From: Podarcis filfolensis
Taxonomy: Eukaryota
Length of the DNA stretch: 64,000 nucleotides
NCBI GenBank assembly: GCA_964270895.1
Contig: OZ185449.1
Reading direction: 5' to 3' (one strand)
The notes under the pieces are model-generated. The model did not search any database and was not told where the DNA came from. It saw nothing but the letters and a program-made list of their open reading frames with translations. The position numbers and the translations under genes are program-made. Positions 13,053 to 23,120 of this stretch are shown here, piece after piece; positions within the stretch are counted from its first letter, which is position 1, and every line of letters starts with the position of its first letter.

Positions 13053-16000
13053 ATGGCCACCACAGAAGCTGCCTGCACTGGAAACAAACCTGGAGCCAAA
13101 TCTCCACTGGTAGAGGAAGGCCATCACCATCAGCGGCTGCAGGAAGAGAATGGGGCAGCTGACCAGCTCTCTGAGCACAGCGATGCCTCCTTTGCCACAG
13201 TGGAGCCCAGCCGCCAGCCGCCTCCTGCTGGGAAGCTCAGGAAGACTGCCTTCAAGCTCTTTGGTGGGAAGCGAAGCATCTGCACCCTGCCCAGTTTCTT
13301 TGGTGGGAAAAACAAAGGCCAGGGAAAGGGAGCTGCAAAAAAGGGCCTGAGCAAGAGCAAGACACACGATGGCATCAGCGACGTGGGGTACGAAGAGGCC
13401 AACTCGGGTGGTGGAACGGACTTCCCTCCTGCACAGCTGCCGAGTTCTCAGAGTGCTCTCCTAGGAGCAGACGCCAGCCTCAGGGTTGGTTTTGTCCGGC
13501 CGTCGGCATCCCTGTCTGGAAGCTCTGAGGGCTTTGAGAAGAAGCCCTGTGGGGAGAAGTCCTTGTTCCTTCCACGCTCTAAGAAGGGGCTCAGGGGCCT
13601 CTTCAACAGCATCCGGCGCCACAGGAAGAGCAAAAGCACTGAGCCCGAGAGGACTGAGTTGCAGGAGTGGACTTCAAGGGATGCTGTGGCTGAAGGACTG
13701 CCCAGTGCAAGTAAGCAGAAGAGGGGTGCCGAAACCCAGCAAGTCTTGAAGCAGGGGAGCCTAAAAAGCACTGCACTTCCCCCAGAACATGGGGAGCATT
13801 TTCGTGATGACGCTTCTTCTTCACCTGGAGTAGCGGCTGGTCTCGATGAGTCAAGAGAGGAGGTCCAACCGGTGGCCAACGAAAGCAGCTCTGTAGGGGA
13901 TGCAGCCAGAGGAGGGACGGGCAATGAAAGCTCTCGAGATGCAGAGCTGGAAGCAGATGACACCCTCTGTGCTAACTCTGTGTGCGGAGAGCTTCCTGAT
14001 GCTCTCCAGTCTGAGGACCTAGACAGTAGCCCTCCCTGTGTCCCATCTGGGGACCAGCTCAGCTTGATGTTTGGAGATGTCACTTCCCTCAAAAGCTTCG
14101 ACTCCTTTACCGGCTGCGGAGACATCATTGCTGAACCAGATATCGACAGCATTGCTGAGAGTGCCACCACTGCAGAGCGCGGCAGGGATGTGGCCAAGAG
14201 GAGCTCCTGCCTAGTTACTTACCAGGGTGGAGGGGAGGAGATGGCCATGCCAGATGACATAGAGGAGTATCTGCAGCAGATGTGGGAAGGTGCCATCAAA
14301 GCAGATGCTGGATACGAAACACGCCTTCCAGAACTCATGGCGAAATGTGAGCATCAGGGAGTGAACGGTGGCAAGCCAGAGGTCCACCTCTATCCTGAAG
14401 GCACAAGGGGTGACGTGGACCTCTTAACACCACACAGTGACCAGCAAGAATCTGCTCCCAACAGCGATGAGGGGTACTATGACTCTACCACTCCAGGTCC
14501 TGATGATGAAACTGGCGATGGGCTTGAAGAAATCAAGAAGGACCGCCTCCCGAGGGACAGCTACAGTGGCGATGCGCTGTATGAGTTCTATGAACCTGAT
14601 GATGCCCTCATGAGCCCCACTCGTGCTGATGAATCTTGGTTTGGTAGCAAAGTGTCCCCACCAGAGATCTTTTCCATGAGCCAGTTCTTGGACTTTGCTC
14701 TCCCTGACGAGAAGGACTTGGTGCAGATAATGGGCCAGAAGAGGGAAGTGATGGAAACGGAGGAGGAGAGGCTGGCTGCCATTCAGAAGCAGCTGCTCTT
14801 TTGGGAGATGCAGAGGGAGCCAACCTTGAAAGACCTGGATATCCTCAGCAAAGACCAGCACCACCCCAGAGAAAAGCTACATACGGAATGTAACACGAAA
14901 GTGACCAGCTTAACCGACAAGAGTCCGAGTGGCCTTGGCGGCGATCAAATGCCCCCCCCTGCTTTGAACAGTGGCCTGGATGCTGGAATTCTAACTGAGA
15001 AGCAAGAGTGGAAAGATTTCAAGGAGATGCTGTGCCCAGAGAAGCACTACAATGGCAGTGGGGGCCCTAAAGTGCACAGTGGGGGCCTTTTTCAGCACGT
15101 GGAAAATGGCTCAGTGTTGGATTCAGATAGAGAGCATCCAGGGCTTGAACCGGGTGCTTTAAGTGGCCTGGAGAATTCTGTGGCATTCCCTTTCTTCAAA
15201 ACGCACAGCTGTCCACTCAATGAGCAGCCAAGCAGAACCGAAGCTGACTTTGGGGAGCCCCCCAACATGGAAAATGAACCAGAACAGGCCGTTAATTTCT
15301 CCCAGGCATTGGTGGAGTTCACCAGCAGCGGGACTCTATTCTCCAGCCTCTCTGAAAGCCTTGGGAGCTCTGATTCAGGCTCTGCGTTCACCCAGAACCT
15401 CCCTGCCCTCCCAACGATGGTCACATTCGACATTGTCGACGTGGAGCAAGAAGGCGAAGGGGAGTGCGAGCAGCACCTGGGGATGAACACTGATGAGGAC
15501 ATCGCTGCATCCTTTGAGGCCTTTGACGATAGCTACACTGCAAAAGAATCCTTCGCCGAATGTGACGAGAGAATGTTTCCTGGGTGCTTCCAGAGCTCTT
15601 TCCAAAGCTGCAACTGGGGTGTCACCAGCCTTCCCCGGCGCATGAGGCTTCAGGAGATGAGTCCTCCCATGCCGGAGCCTCTCTCCAGCTGCAGGAGGAG
15701 CAGGTCCCTTGACACTGAGAGCTTGGAGTTCGAGCTGGCTAGCTTGCAACTCTCCAAGGGTGGCTTCAAGCCTTTTGACCTCTGGTCTCGATGGAGTGGC
15801 TGCAGGAAGGATCCTGTGTCTCCTGGTCTAGATGCAGACCGTGAAAATGCTCTGGGCTCTCCAGAAGGAAAGGAAGGAAGTGATGCTGCTGTCTTTCCTT
15901 GGGCAGAGCTGCAGCAGAATGTATCATGCAGGGAGGATTTTCCCTCGCAAGGCGTGAAACCGTGGGACTGTGATCTGAGCACCCCAGCCTTCCAGAGCAC

Positions 16001-16370
16001 GTGGGGTGCATCGGAACAGCCAGGTATGGAAGCACCTTGCATGCCCCTGGTGCAGGAATCCACCAAGGAGCCTGGTGGGAAACCTCGCGCAGATGGGGCC
16101 AGCGATCCAGCGCTGATGGCAACCAGACCAATGGCCAGGCCATCCAATTTGCCTTTGCAGACTCCTGCTGTGCCCCAGGAGGTGTCTGCCTCGCACAGGC
16201 CTGGTGGGGACAGCGCAGGTAAAAAACTTGCTTGGGTCCTTCCTTTGGGCGAGAAGGGGGCTGACCTGCCCCCGGACCCCAGCTTCACCCATTCCCCCGA
16301 CAAGCCAGCAATGTGCAAACCTGCAGGTGTGACGCAAGGAATGTCCCAGCTTCACAGCAAGCAGTGCTGA
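13053..16370 (+). CDS. AMER1: APC membrane recruitment protein 1 (WTX/FAM123B), 1105 aa, single coding exon
   Basis: Diagnostic motifs: KTAFKLFGGKRSICTLPSFFGG, GLSKSKTHDG, SIRRHRKSK, FGDVTSLKSFDSFTGCGDIIAE, KRSSCLVTYQGGGEEM, ESAPNSDEGYYDSTTPG, LPRDSYSGDALYEFY, METEEERLAAIQKQLL, FSQALVEFTS, RRSRSLDT. Strong Kozak context AGAATGG. Polypyrimidine acceptor tttctttcag| before 12969. Lacks the mammalian poly-Glu and REA repeats. Confidence 0.98.
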   Translation: MATTEAACTGNKPGAKSPLVEEGHHHQRLQEENGAADQLSEHSDASFATVEPSRQPPPAGKLRKTAFKLFGGKRSICTLPSFFGGKNKGQGKGAAKKGLSKSKTHDGISDVGYEEANSGGGTDFPPAQLPSSQSALLGADASLRVGFVRPSASLSGSSEGFEKKPCGEKSLFLPRSKKGLRGLFNSIRRHRKSKSTEPERTELQEWTSRDAVAEGLPSASKQKRGAETQQVLKQGSLKSTALPPEHGEHFRDDASSSPGVAAGLDESREEVQPVANESSSVGDAARGGTGNESSRDAELEADDTLCANSVCGELPDALQSEDLDSSPPCVPSGDQLSLMFGDVTSLKSFDSFTGCGDIIAEPDIDSIAESATTAERGRDVAKRSSCLVTYQGGGEEMAMPDDIEEYLQQMWEGAIKADAGYETRLPELMAKCEHQGVNGGKPEVHLYPEGTRGDVDLLTPHSDQQESAPNSDEGYYDSTTPGPDDETGDGLEEIKKDRLPRDSYSGDALYEFYEPDDALMSPTRADESWFGSKVSPPEIFSMSQFLDFALPDEKDLVQIMGQKREVMETEEERLAAIQKQLLFWEMQREPTLKDLDILSKDQHHPREKLHTECNTKVTSLTDKSPSGLGGDQMPPPALNSGLDAGILTEKQEWKDFKEMLCPEKHYNGSGGPKVHSGGLFQHVENGSVLDSDREHPGLEPGALSGLENSVAFPFFKTHSCPLNEQPSRTEADFGEPPNMENEPEQAVNFSQALVEFTSSGTLFSSLSESLGSSDSGSAFTQNLPALPTMVTFDIVDVEQEGEGECEQHLGMNTDEDIAASFEAFDDSYTAKESFAECDERMFPGCFQSSFQSCNWGVTSLPRRMRLQEMSPPMPEPLSSCRRSRSLDTESLEFELASLQLSKGGFKPFDLWSRWSGCRKDPVSPGLDADRENALGSPEGKEGSDAAVFPWAELQQNVSCREDFPSQGVKPWDCDLSTPAFQSTWGASEQPGMEAPCMPLVQESTKEPGGKPRADGASDPALMATRPMARPSNLPLQTPAVPQEVSASHRPGGDSAGKKLAWVLPLGEKGADLPPDPSFTHSPDKPAMCKPAGVTQGMSQLHSKQC

Positions 16371-16973
16371 GACCTTCTGATGGCAAGGTTGAGCGTCGTG
16401 GGAGCGCCGACTCTCTGATCTGCAGAAAGGGAAAGCCCCCACGTTGGAGGTGGCTGCTTGTGTTGCCAGCTGTTGGAACACCGCGATGAATGTAACAGTA
16501 GCCAAATAGCTTGCAGGAGAGGGTTAAAGGAGGATTAGGGTGGGTTGGTTCCCTTGGGCCCGCAGGGAGACTTGGAACATTACAGATGGTTAACTTTGAT
16601 TTGAAATTGGGTGGTGGTGGTAACCAATTCTTTCATTAGTGGTGGGTAAGGCAGAGTGTGCCTGATAGGACTTCTGTTATCACTCATCACTGCTTGATGG
16701 TGCTTCTTGTTGGGTTGATGCTGAATTGCACTTCCATAGTGTGAACCACTGTTAATCCTGAACACAATACAGGGGAAAGGTGCCAACACCTTGGCTTGGA
16801 GATATTCAGATATGATGTAAGAGAGCTCTGGGATGTCCAGCTTGCCCTTTAGTTAAAAGCAGAAAAAACAATTTCTTAAACCGACTAACTGGGTGCTTTT
16901 AAACAAAAAAACAGTGGTTGTAACAACTTTAAGAAATGGGGTGGTTTGCTGGTGGTAAAAAAAAACCCTATTT

Positions 16974-16979
16974 AATAAA
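16974..16979 (+). terminator. AMER1: Candidate proximal polyadenylation signal of AMER1
   Basis: AATAAA about 600 nt after the stop codon, followed by GU/U-rich gttctgtgtttttg. Confidence 0.5.
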
Positions 16980-17706
16980 CGTTCTGTGTTTTTGACAGCA
17001 CAACCTTTCTGTGCATTCCTTCTCTGGAAGCAAGCCCCCCCTGATTTCAGTGGGGCTTGCTCTCAGCTAGGGGTGCATTGGGTTGCAGCCTTGTAGTGCA
17101 GTCCTGTGCAGATCTACTCAGACGTAAGTGCCACCCTTTTCCAAGGGGGGGGGCTACTTGTAAGCAGTTGTGCATGCAGAGCCATCTGTATCAGGTGGCA
17201 TTTTGAAGATGAAATAAGACCTGCAAAGTGTGTTGCCTGCCAGGGGTGGGTGGGTGAGAGTGGCAAAGCATTGGGTATGTGGTTATAAGGAGGCAAAGTT
17301 TGGCCAGGGGAAAAGAAGTACTAGGAAGACATTTAAAAATTTGGTGTATTTTATTGATGGTGTCAGAGTGGAGTGGCACCCAAGTGACTGCAGAACTGCA
17401 GACTTCAAGGAGATATAGTATGTGTGTGCTTTAAGCTAAAAACAGCAAACCCTGTTTCAAACTGTATCCCTTTTTAAAGATTTGAGTCCCATTATTTCCT
17501 TATGACTAAATCTCACTCAGTGGGATGTCCAATGAAATGAATTCTCCTGTGTGCCCCCAGAACAGAGCCTCCCCCCCAAAAAATAATTTACTCTTGAATA
17601 CTTGGGTTCTAATGCAAATCTGGGCAAGCGTATTCACCATACTGTGGTTTAACTGGCTTGTGTAATGCAAGGCTGGCGTTCTGTTGTTTGTACATAAACT
17701 ATATCA

Positions 17707-17930
17707 AGGATGGGGAACCTGTGGCTCCCCAGGTGTGGCTGGGCTACAGCTCCCAGCACCCCTGACCATTGGCCATGCTGGCTAGGGCTAATGGGAGTTG
17801 GCTGTCTGGAGCATAGCTGTCAACTTTTCCCTTTTCTTGCGAGGAATCCTATTTGAAATAAGGGAATTTCTCTTTAAAAAAGGGAGACATTGACAGCTAT
17901 GGTCTGGAGGGAGCTATATGATGGACTTCT
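17707..17930. mobile_element. Palindromic ~130-bp squamate MITE, interrupted by a younger 90-bp MITE
   Basis: ggggaacctgtggc...gggctacagctccca...tgggagttgg family. Further copies near 7180, 8598, 9770, 18640, 21418, 27890, 44590, 58533, 59920, 60102, 60270 and 62200. Confidence 0.7.
17812..17901. mobile_element. 90-bp hAT MITE, copy 1
   Basis: Terminal inverted repeats (TIRs) CATAGCTGTCAA/TTGACAGCTATG. Perfect 8-bp TSD gtctggag. Confidence 0.92.
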
Positions 17931-20900
17931 GCTTATAGATGCTATGTTGCAAGGCCAAATGTGGCCTTCATTGGAAAATCTGTTTCCTCTCGTCCATGCA
18001 GGGCTGGCCCAAGAAGTTGATTGGAAAATCCAAATCTTTCCACACATGCAAACAGATGCTACTGTTTAATCAGCCAGAAAGGTCTCCATCAAAACTCCAC
18101 TTGAAGGGACTTGTGAAAGCATGTTGGAGCTGTTGGTGGGGATGTACAGGAGGGCTTCTTGGTGGATTGACCCCCAGGAATCAATTCTGTTCACCTCTTA
18201 CTCAGCTGCCCCTTATGGGATTGCAACATCTACTGCTTGAGGTGGACATAAGAAGAGCCCCTGTTGGATCAGGCCTATCTAGTTCAGCTTAGTTATTCTA
18301 ACTGTGGCCCATTAAATGCTTCCAGGAAGGCGGCAAGCAGGGCTTGAAGGAAACAGACCAGCCCCCCCCCCCCCGATCAACTTGCCTTGTGAGAAACCTG
18401 CCATGGCCTTCCACCCAGAAGTGATCTTTCTGAAAGGTAAGGCTGGCAGTAGAGGAGGGTCCTCAGAAATGCATGAAACTAGCACTGATCTGTCTAGTCG
18501 AATCTAGTCAACTCTTGACTAGCAGAAGCTGTCCAGGGATTCAAATTTGGGGGCGGGGTCTTCAAAGCCCACTATTCAAGGGGCCTTTTTTGGTTGCAGG
18601 GGGAGGAGATGCAAGAACCAAAGACTGGGGTGTCCTATATTGGAGGTGGGGAATCTGGCTCTCTGGATGTTGCTGGATTCCCATCAGCCCCAACCAGCAT
18701 GGGAGCTGTGATTTGTCTTCTGGTCCAGGAACACCTGGAGAGCCACAGGTTCCCCTCCCCTGCTGTACATGCAGAGCAAATGTTCTGCTGCTAAGGTGGG
18801 CCTTGCCCTCCTGTTAATTTGCTCTGGAAGAGTCATATCTGGCACGGTAGCTTTTAGGGGAAATCATTTTGAAAGAGGTGGTGCACAACTTGCTTCTTTG
18901 CTCAAGGAGTGCCCATACCTGCCAGTATTTGTTAGCTAATAAATCGGAGAAGAAGACCAGCAAGAGGAAAATCCTACATTAAAGCCAAGTCCCTTGAAGC
19001 TGCTGTCAGTACAAGGGCAACTTCAGAGGAAGGGCCCTACCTCACTGCTTTGCATTCAAAAGATCCCAGGTTCATTCCTTAGTGGCACCTCCAGGTACGG
19101 TTGGAAGGGGTTCCTGCCTGAAACCTTGGACAAATGCTGCCAGTCAGTGTAGACAGCACTGGGCTAGATTGGCAAAATGTTCTGATTTGGTATGAAGCAG
19201 TTTCTTATATTCTATCTTCCCTTCACTCTTGTTTTCTTTTTTTTAGCAGTACGTATGTAAATACTATGTAGTAAAACTCTAATTTTTTTAATATAGAAAA
19301 CCACACCTCTGACCAGCCTCTTATGAAAGATTAAACTTATTTCCTGCTGTAGCTCAGAGCAGGCCAAAGAGAGTGAGGAACCTGAGGTGGAAAATCCAAA
19401 TGGTTTATGTATACCTTAAACTAATTAAGATAGCATCGAGAAGTTTTCTTGCACTGGGCTCTTCCTGTTCCTTTGTGGGGCACTTTCTGTTCATTCCAGC
19501 AGGGCTCAGCTGGGAGAGTGTTGATGTACTTACCCAAAGGCCAGACCTGTCTCTGCCTATAGTACTTCATGGCACAACAAATCTCCTGTCTGTTCATCAT
19601 TTGCCCACCTCCAAAGGAGGATTAGCCATGTGAGATGGGTTGCCAGGTTTTTACCTTTCTGTTATCTCATGTGGCTAAACATCCCCTGAAGTTCAGAGGG
19701 GGCTAAGCACATGGCAAAAGGGTGTGTGTGGAGTTCTGAGCTAGCCAAGATTTCCCCCCTCAGTTGAGAACTACATGCCGACCTTTTCCACATACATCAC
19801 CCACTATGAAGGATGCTTCCTCACATGAGAGAACCTAGGCAACTGATAGCCCACCCTGTTCTAAATGCTAGTACAGAGGTGCTCTGAGAAGGCAGAGAGT
19901 TCACGCTCTCTTGCTGGGAGTGCATGCATGCCAGCAAGTTGAGCTGCATGCTAGCAAATCAGTTCTGTCCTGCTTTCTTTGCCTGGAGTGACACCTGACC
20001 GGAACTTCTTGTCTTGTGATTCTGTGTAATGTGTAGACTAGCTAGCAGCCTGCTCATCACTCCTGCCTTCACTAAGCAACTGAATTAACATCAAACCCAA
20101 ATCCTCCTTTGCTTTCAGTAGAAAGCGCAGTCAGTTGAATGTTCACAGAACTGGTGTCAGACTTTTGTTCTCAGTACACATGGGGCAGATTGAGGGTGAG
20201 GCTTGCACCCACATCCCTGCTCCTCTGAAGCTTTAGCTTTCAAGTGTTCAGGGGACTTAGGAAACAAGCTGGAGGGCAGTTGTGGATGAGGTCTTTCTCC
20301 TCAAGCTCTTGATTTGACAATGAATCCCTCCTGTGGGATGGAATGTAAACATTTGCTTAAAAGATAAGTATCTGAGCAAGACAGGGACACTGGGAACCAA
20401 ATGTCCAGATTCACAAATCCACCAATGTTAGATTGCATAGATCTTTTAGGCTTGATGTCTGCCTGATTAATGGCCCCATTGACCCAAACACAACCAATTG
20501 GCCATGCAAGGTAACTCACCGGGGGCCTAATAAGCCTCCATGTTTTGGTATCTGTGTGGGACTGCCAGTGAAGGAGCCTTGTCAAGCAGCTGCCGGGCCT
20601 GTCTAATTTTGCCTCTTTTCTGAATTGCTACCGCAAACTAGAACTATTAATGATCATACTGTGTCGCACACAGGTTTTCACTGTGGCCTGCCTTGGCCAA
20701 GTCTTCAGTGTGTTTTGGGTTAGGTTGGTGGCATGGCAGGTCCCCCCGCCCCCCATTTTCCTTTTGAACACATCACCAAAGACATCTTGTGAAGTTTGTT
20801 GTCAAATGGTGTAACTCTTGTTGATAATGTATTTGTGTAAAAAAACAACAACAACAACCAACAACTCTGTGTTAATAAGAATGTTCTTCTACAAATGTGT

Positions 20901-21557
20901 GTGTGTGTGTATAAGCATTTTGGTTTTTACATATTTAATGGGGGAAATTTAAAAAAGAAAAGAAAAACATTTTTATACAAGTGTGTACAACAGTTTGACT
21001 CTGCCTTGGTAATTTGACCTGTTTGTAAAGGATTTTTCAATCTTCGTACTATATAACCTTTCCTCTGTCTCTTTTTAAAATTACCATCTTATCTGATTTG
21101 GTCTGTGGCTAAAAACAATGATTTGGGACACAGAAATGACAGCAGGACAATGGGGTTGCAGAAGCATGAAAAGCTGGCTGCTTGTTCCTCTTTCTCTCTT
21201 CCTGTGGTCTTGTTTTTTGGATTCTTGGCCAGTGGTAGAATTACCTGCTTTGCATTCAGAAGGTCTTGGGTTCCGTTCCCATATCTTCACTTAGGGCTGG
21301 GAAAGATGCTTGCCTGAAACTGCAGAAGCACTGCTTGTCAGTGTAGAGAATGCTAAGCTAGATGGACCATCGTCTGACTCAGGGTAAGGCATCTTCCTGA
21401 CTTGAAAGACGTAGAACAGGGTGGCAAACCTGTGGCCCTCCAGATATTGTTGGACTACTGTCTCCATCATCCCTAACCATTCACCAAACTGGCTGGGGCT
21501 GATGGGAGTCCAGCAACATCTCTGGAGAGCCATAGGCTCCCCACCCCTGACCTAGAA

Positions 21558-21660
21558 TAAGGTTACCAGACGTCCCCAAACTTACAAATCAGTCCCCATA
21601 CAAAATCCATTGAAGTTGAAAAGTGTCCCCGGACTCAATGGAAAAAATCTGGTAACCTTA
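21558..21660. mobile_element. 103-bp hAT MITE
   Basis: TIR TAAGGTTACCAGA/TCTGGTAACCTTA. Perfect 8-bp TSD acctagaa. Confidence 0.9.
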
Positions 21661-22368
21661 ACCTAGAAGGTAGGGAAGGTTGACTTCAGTAGTGAAGCTA
21701 ATTGTATTTTAGAATTATTTATGCAGAATGTGGTAGGATCTTGGATATGGGTCATGTTTTAGACTGTTTCCCCACACTAAAGGGGGAGGGTGGAACCCTC
21801 ACTGCACATCAAAAATTAGTTTTGAGGGGAAATGTTTAGCATGGCCTTTTTTCATGGCTAGTTCACCATGAAGATTTTAAGTTGGGGAACATTCAGAAAT
21901 TGGACCTCCCCCAGACAGTCTAAAGCAGTCCAACTTAGAATTATGCCAGCTCATCTTGCACCCCTCAGTAATGTGTCAGATGGCTCTTAGGAAAGAAATA
22001 AAAGTCCATGTTGATTTGTGTCTATGGCTATAACCCAGAACATTGCCCACTGTAGCCCCTTCACCAATACTGTTGTCTTCCTAAGACTAAGAATAGCTTT
22101 GCCAAGGAAGACATTCAGTAGTCCAATGAGTAGATGAAAGTCTGTACAATCAAAGCTTGAATATTTGGCTGCAATCCAAAGAGGTGAAATGCATCCAAAA
22201 GAGAGTAATGTGTACAAATACATAGCTTTGACTTTTAATTTTTAATAGAACTGTTTCCCCAATTGTTGAAGAGGCAAGCCACCATGCATGGTAAAAAGCT
22301 CTTTTTCTCTCCAGTCATTGGAACTGTTGCTTGATGAGCAAAGACTGATTGTTTTCAGAGTTCTGCAT

Positions 22369-23120
22369 TGCGTGGCGAGTTCCCACCCCCCACCAGGATA
22401 AATAAAGACACCAGACACCATAATTTAAGGTTAAATGGGCGAATTAGGCCACAACTTTATTGAATTCAGGAATGAGAGGCATTGGCTTAGGCATTGGCCC
22501 TATCGACCATCCGGCTCCAGCCCATTTGCTGGAGACACGGGAAGGGTTAACACCATAGAGGGGGAGTCTCCTGCTGAGGCACGTCAACTAGGAGCTCCCC
22601 CAGGAACTCCCCCGGGTCACCGCTCGGGGGCGTGCCTTTGGCCCACACCTCCATAGGCTTCGGACAGGGCCACGCCCCCGGAGTCCTTTATCGGACCACC
22701 CTTCGTTCGCTGGGGGGAGGTGATGGCGTTCCTCCCCCACACACATCCTCTTAACCCCTTCTTACCAATGCCTAACTGCCAATGCCGAGGAGTTGTGACG
22801 AGTTGCTACGAGGTAGGCGAAAAACCAAATGGCTGTAAATTGCCAATCAGGAAAAATCCCTACCATGCCCCTTGCGGCGACAGACCGAAGTCCATAGCAA
22901 AGTCAGAGACCTGCCTAAAGCCTGCCTAAAGGGAGGGAGGGTGGGAAAACGTGGGGGCTAGCCGGCAAAGAGGGCGAACCCCCGTCCGCGCCAGCCCTAA
23001 ATAGGGCAGGCCACGCCACCCGATTGGCCGGCTGGGGGGGGGCTACGCGGACGGGATTCCCCTGCTCTCGCGGGGGCTGAAACCAGCCCCCGCTCACATG
23101 GGGTGGGCGGGAAGCCCGCA
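22369..23120 (-). mobile_element. CpG-rich LTR-like element, ~750 bp, probably a solo terminal repeat
   Basis: Abrupt GC/CpG-rich block with TGCG...CGCA ends. On the - strand: CCAAT (23023-23027), TATTTA (22998-23003) and AATAAA (22456-22461) in promoter-to-polyA order. No TSD found, so family is uncertain. Confidence 0.65.

Larger units (their letters stand above)
16371..21060 (+). other. AMER1: Probable long 3'UTR of AMER1; distal end approximate
   Basis: Largely unique sequence ending in an AU/GU-rich block (20750-21060) typical of distal 3'UTR ends. Mammalian AMER1 also has a multi-kb 3'UTR. No canonical AATAAA at the distal end, so this is inference. Confidence 0.45.

Noticed and set aside
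13035-16505. Antisense and alternative-frame ORFs overlapping AMER1 (up to 249 aa)
   Set aside because: Shadows of the real coding frame; no independent motifs or splice structure.
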